A DNA stretch of 64,000 nucleotides, from positions 370,450,001 through 370,514,000 of the forward strand of contig JBNRSN020000003.1 in assembly GCA_051313645.2 (NCBI GenBank). Reading direction: 5' to 3'. Origin of the DNA: Centroscyllium fabricii (lineage: Eukaryota). The position numbers and the translations under genes were made by a program. Positions 48,031 through 59,829 of this stretch are shown here, piece after piece. The first letter of the stretch is position 1, and every line of letters begins with the position of its first letter. Under the pieces are notes generated by a model. It searched no databases and had not been told where the DNA came from. It saw only the letters and a list, made by a program, of their open reading frames with translations.

Positions 48031-49574
48031 GAGACGCCAGCGAGGCCCCAGAGCCACGATTCCCCAGACAAGCCGATTTAAAGATGCTCCTTAAGCCACT
48101 GCAGGATGGTGCTGAACAGAGCGGAAGCCTGTCTGCCGAATGACAGGAGGAAATTGGTGGAAAATCTCAACAGGATGCCTTCCTCCACCTGCTGATAGCC
48201 TGCTGCCGCGGAACGCTATTGGCAGGGTTGTTAAAGTGCATCCAGCACACACTTTCATTTAAAAAAAATAGCCTCCTGTTGAATTATTTAATAAAATAGC
48301 CTGAAGCATACAGAGATGAGATGTGGTTTGAGGGAATAAATGGCTGCCATGGTGGCAGACAATTGAACACCATGTTGATGGGAACATTTAATTGAAGGGA
48401 ATGTGGCACTGATTTGATTCCTTATATGTTCACACAGTGGGTTTATAGGGACAATCGTTTGGCAATCAATGCCACTTTTTTATATCACAGTAACAGATAA
48501 TTGAGTGCCTAAAACAGATTAAACATTTGATTGAGCAGTTCCAAGGAGCTCATTGGGGCAATAGGAAGAGGACTTCAGTTTTGGGGCTTTAAAGGGTCAC
48601 ATTGGGTTCATCGCATTTAACATCTCAAGTGGTTCCCTTAAAGAACTGATGCATTTCATTTGATTTTTCTCTTCCCATTTCCTTGCCTCTCCTGGCTGAT
48701 TGGCGCTGGGTTGTACGCCGATGGATGCTGGTTGCCTCAGCCAAGTGTTCACGGGTCAACCTTGACATTGGACCAAATCTGGCATGGAGCCGGGCCTCTG
48801 ACGGCGTGCGCCGTGAGTTAGACTTTTTCCTGCACCCTTCAGCTCAAATTCTTTTCCACCATAACTTGAGGGAAGTGCGGGCGGCTAACGGCCCAGCGAG
48901 GACAACGGGGAATCTGGAACCTTAGTGAACAGCGGGAGCAAGCAATGAAATGTAAGGATTGAGAAAGAAACAGAGGAACGATGGAGAAGGAGGGGGAATT
49001 TCAGTCAAATCAGGGACAGAAAGAAATAGAGGGGGAAAGAAAGATTGGATTAAGAGGGAGAGAACAAAAACCAAAGGAAAAGCAAGGACAAAATGGCTGG
49101 ATTGAAGAGTGGATTGGACACTAAATTAGATAATTATTGTGCTTATATTGACTCTTTAATTTTAAATGCAAACATAGGATTAAAATAGACACATATTTAC
49201 CCTGTTCAAGGACACAAGTTGGAGAGATGTGGATGTAAGGTGGAATGGATATTTTTCATATGATTAGGCATTGAGAAGTCGTTTGACAAAAAGGAAATAT
49301 TGATTGGATTCGCAAGATTTTGATTTCTGGTAGTGTACCTTGCCCATGCTCACGGTCAATGGTAGATTGCTCATAATTCAACCAAGTCCCAAATGGTGAC
49401 CGTCGATCTTGTGGCATTTTAGTAAGCACCTGACATTGGGGAATTTGAAAAAAGCCAATACATTTCAATATACAGAAATGGAAGAGCATTGGCCAACCAA
49501 CCTGAAACATCAAATGAGATTCCCATTGACTCTTAGCATCACCTTGTGGCTGATCCTTGTGTTATTTTAGTGCA

Positions 49575-49870
49575 TTATCTCAGGATACAGGATAGGACAT
49601 TTAGGACTGAGATGAGGAGAAATTGCTTCACTCAGAGGGTGGTGAACCTGTGGAATTCTCTACCACACAAGGCTGTGGAGGCCAAGTCACTGAATATATT
49701 TAAGAAGGAAATAGATAGATTTCTAGACACAAAAGGCACCAAGGGGTCTGGGGAGAGAGGGGGAATATGGTATTGAGATAGAGGATCAGCCATGATCATA
49801 TTGAATGGCGGAGTGGGTTCGAAGGGTCGAATGGCTGACTCCTGCTCTTATTTTTGTGTTTCTATTATGA
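49575..49870 (+). mobile_element. CR1 3' fragment
   Basis: EMRRNCFTQRVVNLWNSLP plus UTR. Confidence 0.85.
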
Positions 49871-49961
49871 GTAACTGTACCAACAACAACTTGTATTTAT
49901 ATACCACGCTGAATATAACCTACTGGTACCGCTGTATAACTCTTTCCTTTCCCCTGTGCAG

Positions 49962-50278
49962 CTCAAGTTGAATGAGGTGAACAGCACAGCCGTACAGCAT
50001 CACCTTCAGGCCTTGCTGGAAGACCTCATTGAGGTGGAAAAGATTCTGAAAGATGTGGATGCCTTATCAGGACTTGCCCGACTGCTCCCAAAGGGGGCCT
50101 GTGTGGGCAAAAGCCCACCCGCCGCTGCCAATAGTACCAGCTGGAGCGGCAACTTCACTGCTGCCAATGCCACCTCGGAGGAGGAAGAGGAGCCCGAGAA
50201 GGAGAATCCTCACACCCAGTTTTCAGCCTTTGTCCAGCTCTGGGCTGGCCTTCAGCCAATCCTCTGTGGGAATAACAG
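49962..50278 (+). CDS. ABCA2: ABCA2 coding exon, phase 0-2, 317 nt
   Basis: Polypyrimidine-cag| ... |gtaaaa; LQALLEDL..KILKDVDALSGLARLLPKGAC and SAFVQLWAGLQPILCGNNR are characteristic of ABCA2. Confidence 0.95.
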
Positions 50279-50538
50279 GTAAAACTTCAAGCCGACATGA
50301 TCCTGGTATTGTGGTGAGAAATTGATACAAGACCGACCTTCAGACCAATTTTTGACTTTATCGCTCACTAGTTCATTCATGGACCAAATTACATATCCCA
50401 CTGTCCCTCGCTCAGCATGCATCTCTTCAGAGTTGGCTTTCAATTCATCTTATCGCAGAGACACAGTTGATTAATTTGCAGGTCAGCACTGGCTTTAAGC
50501 ACAATCTCCTCCCATTTCCCTTTGTACACTCTGTACTA

Positions 50539-51213
50539 CAGGTTGAGCACCGTTATTTCAGCACGGGTGGGACTAGGCCCGGGCCAGTATACCGAAAAAA
50601 ATGGAAGAATGAAGCCGGCCAGTGCGCATGCGCGCACCATTCAAAATGGCCGCGCGCATGCACACAACATTGGAACTGGCCGCCGGAAGTTTTGATCACC
50701 TGCAGTGTAGCTGCAGCCGCCCAGAACCCGCCGTGCAAAGATCTCTAGGCTCGGCTTACCAGGCAGACAGGGTGGGTCTCTCCCCCCACCCCACCCCGGC
50801 ACACAACCATAAATTGAGGCCCAGGCTGCAGGCCCAGCACAGCACTAACAAGTTAGTAGAGCCCGGTCCCGGGTAGCACTGAGGGAGTGAGGCCAGAGCG
50901 AGCGGCAGATCCTTACCGTTCGGCGGCGCGCGAATGAGGAGGCAAAGGTCGGTCCAGCCTCCGGCGGCTGTTTTTGAATGATCTGCGCATGCGCTCGCCG
51001 TTCGGTGGCGCATGCGCAGATCATTCAAAACTTCCGGTGGCCGTTTGAATGATCTGCGCATGCGCTCGACGTTCGGCGGCGCATGCGCAGATCATTCACC
51101 AAAGCATCGATCGCGGTAGCCATTTTGCGCATGCGCAGGACAGTCAGGGCAATTTTTGGCGGACGACCGAAGTTGCTGGCTTTTCGGTTACCGGATTAAC
51201 GGTGCTCAACCTG
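50539..51213. mobile_element. Tigger/pogo-like MITE related to 6371-6875
   Basis: TIR CAGGTTGAGCACCGTTA / TAACGGTGCTCAACCTG; TA TSD; GCGCATGCGC repeats. Confidence 0.85.
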
Positions 51214-51782
51214 TACTGACACTTTCAGTCCTGTGTTCTGACATGAGATAAAATCCATTATTTCCATTATTGTATTTTGTAAAGCAACTGTTTTTCTAAG
51301 AAAATATCCACTCATAATATAGAAGAAGCAGGGGGGGGTTTTAGCTTTCAGCCAGGGGAGGATTAGAAGTTCACGTTACTGTTTCTTTATTTCCCTCTCA
51401 ACTCATTTGGATTCTTGTGGCATGAACCTTCTGTGGGTGAGAGGGCAGACTGCAGACCTCCTCTCTGGCAGTGGGATTCCAGAACAGACTGCTAGGAGGT
51501 ACATAAAATCAGTTTGTGATGACCTTCCCTCTGTGCAGAAATACGTGGCATCTGCTTGCCGCCTCTCCACTGCAGTTTTAGTTCGATCAGCAAACTCATC
51601 GCATGGAAAGGTAGTGAAGTAAACCCACTCCCTCCCACTTGTTGCCGAGTCTGTTGGGGTTCTAGCTGTCTGTGCCACACCTATATTCTTCACCTTTGGA
51701 GAAAATGTCAGGAAAGCATGCCCCCTTCTTCCTCTCCACCCCTTTCCTGGTAGGGTGCTTTTAAAAATGTATTACAGAGCAT

Positions 51783-54700
51783 GGGGGCGATTTTCACCAG
51801 ATACTTTTGGTGCTAATGAGCCTCTGAGGTGGCCAAGGTGGGGTCTAAAGTAGCAAAGCTGGTGTAGCCAGCGTTTAGCGCAAGACGCCATCTTGGTAAA
51901 GGAGTTGAAGTGCGCACTAGGAACAGCAATCCGGAGGATCATTAAGGGGCCAATTGACAATTAAATTGCCTGCTAGCGCTCATTAAAGATTCTGCATGCC
52001 ATATCGGTAAGTAGCACTTCAAATAACAACCTCTCCCAGCAGCGACCAGCTGAACAGGTGTAAACAAGTCGTTGCTGAGGATTTTGAGTGCTTCTTAAAG
52101 CCACGCTCAGCTTTCACTGTTCACTTGCTGCTGGAGATCGACTGGCTGCACTGCGTTTGAAGAGGACTTTTGAGACACATCGGGAGACTTTCTGGGACAT
52201 TTTGTCAAGACTTCACCAACACACTCTCAGCATTTTTCCAAGTATTTTTTTTAGGACTTCAACTAAAAAGCGTGAGTGCTGAGCTACTCCACCTTATTGG
52301 ACACCTTATAGGAGTCACGAGGAGAAAGGGAGTGCTTGGTCATGGGCACCTTGCTAGGGGTCCCCCGAGGAATAGGCGGAGGAGATTGAGGCCAGGCAGA
52401 GCAGCAGCAACTGCTGTAGCAGTGACAGAGAGTAGGGGCAGGGGGGAAGGAAGGCTGTCAGCAGGAGGTCCTGTCCACCCAAGGTATTCAGAGAGCACGA
52501 CTCCTACATTCACATGACCCAACACCAGTGCACGAGGAGGCTGCTCTTTACTAAGGAGGTCATCTCAGAGTTCTGTGGCCTCGTGGAATGAAGACTCGGA
52601 CCTCACAGCACAGCCAGGATTGCATTGCCTGTGGCAGTCAAGGCCACCAGAGCACTTAATTTTTATGCGACTGGAACCTTTTAACTTGCTGGCACAGGTG
52701 ATATCAGGCACATATCACAATCCTCTGAGCACTTCTGGATAAGAGAGGACTCTGAGGCTCTTTACACTCTGAGCAATGACCCTATTGCCAAAGAAGACCA
52801 GAGACAGAGAGCTCCAGGATTTGACAGGATTGCGGGATTCCCCATGGTCCAGGGAGCCATTGGCTGTACACATGTGGCCATGCGAGCACCTCATTTAAAC
52901 TCGGAGGTATTCAGGTAGAGGAAAGGATACCATTCCCTCAATGTGCAGCTTGTCTGCGACCACCTGCAGCGCATCATGCAGGAGAATGCCTGCTATCCCG
53001 GGAACTACCATGATGCATCTACAATGAGACAGTCTTCTGTCCCAGAGATCTTTGAGCCCCAACGCAATGTGCATGGCTGGCTACTAGGTGACAAGGGATA
53101 CCCTCTGATGCCGTGGCTCATCACTCTCCTGAGAAACTCCTGGACACCAGCTGAGCACTCATACAATGAGAGCCACTCAGACACCAGGAATATCATTGAG
53201 CAGACTATTGGGGTCCTCGAGTAGCAGTTTAGATGTCAGGAGGTGCCCTGTAGTACTCTGCCGAGCAGGTGTCTACATTAGTGGTGATTGCCAATCCATG
53301 CAAGCTGTAGTGACTGTAGTGGAAGCTGCGACCTCGGTCACCAGACGCTGCAAGATGTCGGGCTCCGCAGTTCACTGGCTGACATTGCCCAGCCTCTCCA
53401 CGCTGGAGAGGATGGGTTCCAGACTCTGCGTCCATGCCACAAACCAAGGTGGAGAAGTACTCCTCCATCCCCCTAGACACTATCCAAAGGCTTTCAGGCA
53501 AGCTCTCCATTGCACCAAGCATTTGGTGGGTCGCACCGGTCCGACTTCTTCTGAGGCTGGTTCCTGCGAGATCCTCATTGACTCCTCTGCAGCAGAACTA
53601 GTATGCGACCTTACCCCAGGAACGGTGGCCCCTGTGGTGTCCCTTCCACCCAGCGTGGCTGGTGCCCGGTGTGTTCCACTGCGAGAATCACTTTTCTAAC
53701 CTGGCCTCGAAGTTACGTATGATGCCGGTCTCTGAGCCGGTGCCTGCGACTGTGGTCGCCGTTGACGCAGTGCATTCTTCTTCCCTACTCTCCTCCTCCT
53801 CCTCTTCCTCCAGTGGCGCGAGGTAGCTGTTGCTCAACTTGCATTTGCTCCAGGGGGGGCCAGGTGGATCTTGCACCTGGAAGCCTGCAGTGATGATGCT
53901 GGAAGGGTTAGCGTGCAGTGCACGTGGCCACTATAGGAAGATGGGTGTGATGAGACCATATGGAGCTTGGGAATGAGGATAGCTTTAGGGGAAATTAGGG
54001 ATCAGGAATAGTTGTGCATCTGTAAGGAAGCTGGAGTGGCCACATACCTCTAGGTGATATACCCCTTGCTCTGCCTTTGACCACAGCATCTCCCACTCTC
54101 CTCCCGATCATCACAACCAACACTGCCTCCTCAAGGGGAGTGATATCATGCAGTCGTGGTTGTCCTCTCTGGGTCAGGTCCTGCTGCCACCTGTTATGTG
54201 CTACTTTTTCCTGGAAGAGAAAGTTGGGTGATTGTGAATTGAGTGTAGGGACAGGTGTGTGTGATGCCTCACATGGTTGAAGACCTGCGAGATGTGTCTG
54301 AGGTGTGAGTAGTGCCTGTGAAGGATGCGATAGTGTGGGGTGTGTGAATGTCAGTGTATAGTTAGATGGTGGATGAAGTGTGTTGAGGTTGTGGTGGTGC
54401 AGTTATTGAGAATTGTGCTCGTGAGATGGGATCTTACTTTGATTATTCGTGTCAAATCATTAAATTTCTTGTGGCACTGGCACCATGTCCTGGGGCGATT
54501 TCGTCCCATGTGCGCCACATTAGTGGCCTCTGCGGCCTCCTCCCCTCCTGCGGGTAGAGGACATCGTTCCTCCTCTCTACCTCCCCTACTCGGACCTTCA
54601 GTACCACATCGGAGAGCCTGTGCCCCCTCGCTTGCTCCTTGTGACTTCCAGCCGTTACACTCCACACCTTCAGTGGAAGTGGGTGAGAGGAGCACACATA

Positions 54701-54885
54701 TACAGCTCCAGGAAAGTTGCATCTAATCAGCACTTGAGTGTTAAACCTGCAGTTGTCGGTTTTAGCGCCTGCCAGCATATCATGATAATCATCAATTAGC
54801 CTGTAAATTGAGTGCTGAATCCAGACTTTCAAACAGGCATTTCTTATTAGCACAGCACCCATTTAGTGCCAGTTTTCACCCCCCA
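51783..54885 (+). mobile_element. Decayed PIF/Harbinger transposon (transposase + at ~52480-53290; convergent Myb/SANT-like ORF remnant on -)
   Basis: GAIGCTHVAM..RKGYHSLNVQLVCD..YPGNYHDA..WLLGDKGYPL..HSDTRNIIEQTIGVL; RTWCQCHKKFNDL on -; G-rich termini. Confidence 0.85.
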
Positions 54886-55234
54886 TATGTTCTCAAATAT
54901 GCTGCAATGTATTATAGTTGCCTTCTAGGCCTTTTCAGTCACCAGGCCTTTATGTGGCACTGCTTGCCATTCAATCGCACCGTCATACCAACCTGAAACA
55001 GGAAACCTGTGAATGTAAGTTTTCTTGTTCCTCGAACAGAGAGACTAAAGTATTTTTCGCTGTGATCTTTGCTGATATCTTCTGTGCCCCATTTAATTTT
55101 TCTGATGCTTTTTACTTGCATGCAATTTATCGTATAATTCTACACCCTGTCACAAATTTGGGTCTGCTGTGGATATCTCCTCGGCGGGTACGGGGGTCTC
55201 AGCTGCTCCCATAAACAGTCTTTTTTAAATTAAC

Positions 55235-55927
55235 TTATGGGATGTGGGTGTCGCTGGCAAGGCCAGCATTTATTGCCCATTCCCAATTGCCCTTGAGAAG
55301 GTGGTGGTGAGCCGCCTTCTTGAACTGCTGCAGTCCGTGTGGTGAAGGTACTCCCACAGTGCTGTTAGGTAGGGAGTTCCAGGATTTTGACCCACTGACG
55401 ATGAAGGATCGGCGATATACTTCTGAGTCAGGATGGTGTGTGACTTGGAGGAGAACTTGGAGGTGGTGGTGTTCCTATGCGCCTGCTGCCCTTGTCCTTC
55501 TAGGTGGAAGAGGTTGCGGGTTTGGGAGGTGCTGCCGAAGAAGCCTTGGCGAGTTGCTGCAGTGCATCTTGTAGATGGTACACACTGCAGCCACGGTACA
55601 CCAGTGGTGGAGGGAGTGAATGTTTAAGGTGTTGTTTGGGGTGCCAATCAAACGGGTTGTTTTGTCCTGGATGGTGTCGAGCTTCTTGAATGTTGTTGGA
55701 GCTGCACTCATCCAGGCTAGTGGAGAGTATTCCATCACACTCCTGACTTGTGCCTTGTAGATGGTGGAAAGGCTTTGGGGAGTCAGGAGGTGAGACACTC
55801 GCCCCAGAATACCCAGCCTCTGACCTGCTCTTGTTGCCACAGTATTTATGTGGCTGGTCCAGTTAAGTTTCTGGTCAATGGTGACCCCCAGGATGTTGAT
55901 GGTGCGGGATTCGGGGATGGTAATGCC
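55235..55927 (-). mobile_element. LINE family A 3' fragment
   Basis: ORF 55475-55840 matches the C-terminal part of 25253-25906; same tail. Confidence 0.9.
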
Positions 55928-56161
55928 TACCTTTCATGGGGGTTGACCCCCACTGCCCTATATCTATACTTGTGTGGTATCGGGATCCAGGAGCATAACA
56001 ATGCCTCCGTGTCTTACACACACCTGCTTCAATCTCTCCCAGGTCTGACTTGGTCAACACAAGGGGAGGCAAAGTTTGGTTCGAATTGTAGACTACAATA
56101 GGTAAAGCATAACCGCACAAAGAGTTTGATGAGATTTGCTTTACAAGCAATACAAAAAATA

Positions 56162-56553
56162 AAGAACATAGAAACATAGGAGCAGGAGTAGGCCATTCGG
56201 CCCTTCGAGCCTGCTCCGCCATTCAATGAGATCATGGCTGATCATCCAAACCCAGTACCCTGTCCCTGCCTTGTCCCCACATCCCTTGATCCCTGTCGAG
56301 CCTGCACCGACACCCTATCCCCGTAACCCCACATATTTAATCCCCCTAACACTAAGGGTCAATTTATCATGGCCAATCAACCCAACCCGCACATCTTTGG
56401 ACTGTGGGAGGAAACCGGAGCACCCGGAGGAAACCCACGCAGACACGGGGAGAATGTGCAAACTCCACACAGATAGTACCCGAGGCTGGATTTGAACCCG
56501 GGTCTCCAGTGCTGTAAGGCAACAGTGCTAACCACTATGCCACCGTGCCGCCC
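56162..56553 (-). mobile_element. HE1-like V-SINE, full length
   Basis: Near-identical to 7322-7716. Confidence 0.9.
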
Positions 56554-57314
56554 TATCTACTGAAGTGGGTGAAGAATACGCAAGTTCTTCACCCACTTCA
56601 GTAGATTGACTTGCTCAGCTTATGAGACCACTCTCTCTGCGCCCTCTCCAACTGCCTGGGATAGATGTGCTGTCTGCTGCTTCCTGATTGACATTTTTGG
56701 TGTCTGTGTTCTCATTTTTAAAAGCCTTTCTCACAGAGCAATAGAAATCTTTCTGAATAATCAAATGTGGCTAACGAATTGATTGGTCTTGAAGTGAAAC
56801 AACTTTCCATCTTACATATTAAATATAATTTGTCTGCCTATGGATTCATAAGCACTGTGGGGCTGACTTGAGAATTTAACCCCTTTTAGGTAAGGTTTTG
56901 CTCAAAACATTTTGACATAGCTCATATCCAAGGAAAAAATTGCCAAAGAATCCCAAACTCTGACACACCATTTGCTGTATTTTCTCATCATTAGAACAAG
57001 ATTACACTTGTAATTCGGGAACATGTACTTGGAATAACATTCTGATAAAATATGTTTTCACCTCTTTTATCTAGTTTGAGTCTGTGGAGTTTGGCCAGCA
57101 ATAGATATAATCTATGGAACCTGCTCATTCTAGGGTCCGACTACAGATCCATTTGTTCTCTATTTGGACACCTGTGGTCCTGAAGTTGTTTGCGATGCTC
57201 AGAGATCGCCCTTGGTTATAAACTAAAACATTCTGTTTTAACTGGTGGCTTTAAAACAAATCTGAATTTTGTCAGAATTTTTCCCAGAACTCATTTACTG
57301 AAATAAGTACTCCA

Positions 57315-57541
57315 TGAAGTAATAAAGACTTACTATGCTCTTGATTGAATATAAAGCAAGGCTTTATTCGACTTCTAACACAACATAAAGAGAGCTAGTC
57401 AGCAGTCACTGGCTTCCTGGTTTCAGATTGTCTCTTACCAAGGTGGGCTCATGCCCGAGTATTTATACTCCCCGGTTGGCGCCCTCAGCTGGCCGACCAG
57501 TAACTCTTCCTAATTTATTTCTGCAGTCGTGTTTTATGACA
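57315..57541 (-). mobile_element. Short solo LTR (227 bp)
   Basis: TG..CA ends; 5-bp TSD CTCCA (57310-14, 57542-46); TATAAATA then AATAAA on -. Confidence 0.75.
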
Positions 57542-57645
57542 CTCCAGAAATAATTTTAATTATGGTTATTAATGATGGTGTTGCTTCTTTCCTCACGCTG
57601 GCAGTTGTGCATTATCTCACTTATTTTTCTCTCTCTTTTCTCCAG

Positions 57646-57805
57646 AACGATTGAGCCTGAGGCATTGAAGCAGGGAAACATGAGCTCGCTGGGCTTCACC
57701 AGCAAGGAGCAACGCAACCTCGGACTACTGGTGCACCTCATGACCACTAATCCCAAAATCCTTTATTCGCCAGTCGGAACAGAGGTGGACAAAGTCATAG
57801 AAAAG
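57646..57805 (+). CDS. ABCA2: ABCA2 coding exon, phase 2-0, 160 nt
   Basis: tccag| ... |gtcaga; [42 protein letters not shown] is nearly identical to human ABCA2 as I recall it. Confidence 0.97.
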
Positions 57806-57973
57806 GTCAGAGCCCAGCAAAGCCACCAACTACAGCTTCATGAAACCAAACCCCCCCCCCCATGTCTTGCATCTATTCTAAGTTCTCTCAGTTGGCAGAA
57901 AGAATGGTTCAAACTGTATACTTGGCCGTAACTGGTGCACTGTGCTCGAGGAGTGCCAATCATAAATACTTAT

Positions 57974-58100
57974 GTAAGAAGTCACACAACACCAGGTTAT
58001 AGTCCAACAGTTTTATTTGAAATCACAAGCTTTTGGAGCGCTGCTCCTTCGTCAGGTGAATTGAAGAGATGCACATAGGCACAGCATATATAGTCAGAGA
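57974..58100 (-). mobile_element. Penelope-like terminus with degenerate minimal hammerhead
   Basis: On -: TCAC-CTGACGA-AGGAGC-AGC-GCTCC-AAAA-GCTT-GTGA (core GAAA mutated). Confidence 0.65.
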
Positions 58101-58347
58101 ACACTGCTAGATGATTGCAGGTTATTTTTCTCACTGCCCTTTATCACACCTTGGCAGAAAGATAATCACAGCACTCAAAGGTGTGAATGGTGTCCAAACA
58201 GGTCAGTCAGGAAAACATTACATCAAAGAACAGTGAGGTGGGGTCACAAGAGGTCAAATGTTGCAGTGCTGGGGTCGGCATGAAAAACATGGCTTCTAGT
58301 TTGTTTTTTGTTTTTCATTATAAATGTGCTGCATGTTGAACATGCGA

Positions 58348-59829
58348 CTCCCCCACCGCCTCGGGCTCGACGCACAGCTTTCTGCTATCGTCCTCAATGG
58401 GCCCCACTCTTTCCCTCGTGATCCTTTTGTTTTTTATATAACTGTAAAATGCCTTAGGGTTATCCTTGATTTTGCCGGCCATTGCAATCTCGTGACCCCT
58501 CTTGGCTTTTCTTATCTCCTTCTTTAATTCCCCCCTATACTTCTTATACTCCCCTAGCGCCTCCTCAGTTTTTAGCCGTTTATATTCATTGAAGGCCCCC
58601 CTTTTTTTCTTCTTTAATTTACATATATCCCTAGACATCCAAGGTTCCCTTTGTTTACCTCCCCCGCCCTTGATTTTTGCAGGAACATGTTCCTCCTGTA
58701 TCTTCCCGACCTTCCCTCTGAAGGCCTCCCACTGCTCTGATGCAGATCTTCCTCTGAGAAGATGGCCCCAGTCTACTGCGGCTACATCGCGCCTGATTTT
58801 AATGAAATCCGCCTTCCCCCAGTTTAGTACTTTTACCCCTGGTCCATTTTTATCCTTCTCTATTACAATCTTGAAACTAACTGAATTGTGGTCGCTATCC
58901 CCGAAGTGCTCCCCCACTGTTACCTCCTCTATCTGCCCGTCTTCGTTCCCAAGTATTAGGTCTAGTACCGCCCCCCCCCCCTTGTAGGTGACCCAACATA
59001 TTGCTTCAAAAAACTCTCCTGGCTGCATTTTAAGAATGCTGAACCTTCCGTGCCCCTCACACTCTGACAATCCCAGTTGATGTTGGGGAAATTAAAGTCC
59101 CCTAATATTATTACTTTGTTATTTTCGCTTATCTTCGTGATTTGCTCACATATCTTACCCTCCATCTCCCCATTACTGTTTGGTGGTCTATAATATACTC
59201 CCAGTAAGGTGCCCCCCCCCTTTTTATTTTTTACCTCCACCCATAGTGCCTCGTTTGAGGAATCATCCATTAGGTCGACCCGCCTGATGGCTGTGATTGA
59301 ATCCTTAATCAGTATCGCTACCCCCCCTCCCCTTTTTCCCTCGTCTCTGTCCCGCCTGAAAATTCTATACCCCGGAATATTTAGCTGCCATTCCTGCCCC
59401 TCCTTCAGCCACGTCTCCGTGATAGCTACTATATCATATTCCCATGTGTCAACCAATACCTTTAACTCATCCACCTTGTTAGTCAGACTCCTTGCGTTAA
59501 AATATATACCTTTCATTCTCTGACCTAATACTACCTTGTTTTGCTGTCTAGTCTGCTTTCCTTTATTAGGTTGTATTCCCCTACCCTTTATGCCTTCACT
59601 CTGGGTCCCCTCCCCCTGCCAATTTAGTTTAAACCCACCCCAACCCGACTATCAAACCTTCCCGCAAGGATATTGGTCCCATTCCGGTTCAGGTGCAACC
59701 CGTCCGGCATGTACAGGTTCCACTTACCCCAGAAGCAAGACCAATTGTCCAAAAAGCTGAACCCCTCCTTCCTACACCAACTTTTTAGCCACGAATTAAG
59801 CTGCTCTATCTTACGGTTCCTATACTCGA
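58348..59829 (-). mobile_element. CR1 subfamily B 5' portion (ORF1 esterase C-terminus plus ORF2 endonuclease)
   Basis: DGLHLNRNGTNILA (SGNH-type ORF1); YFNARSL..ITETWL..GDFN; 58348-59032 almost identical to the reverse complement of 40842-41525. Confidence 0.92.
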
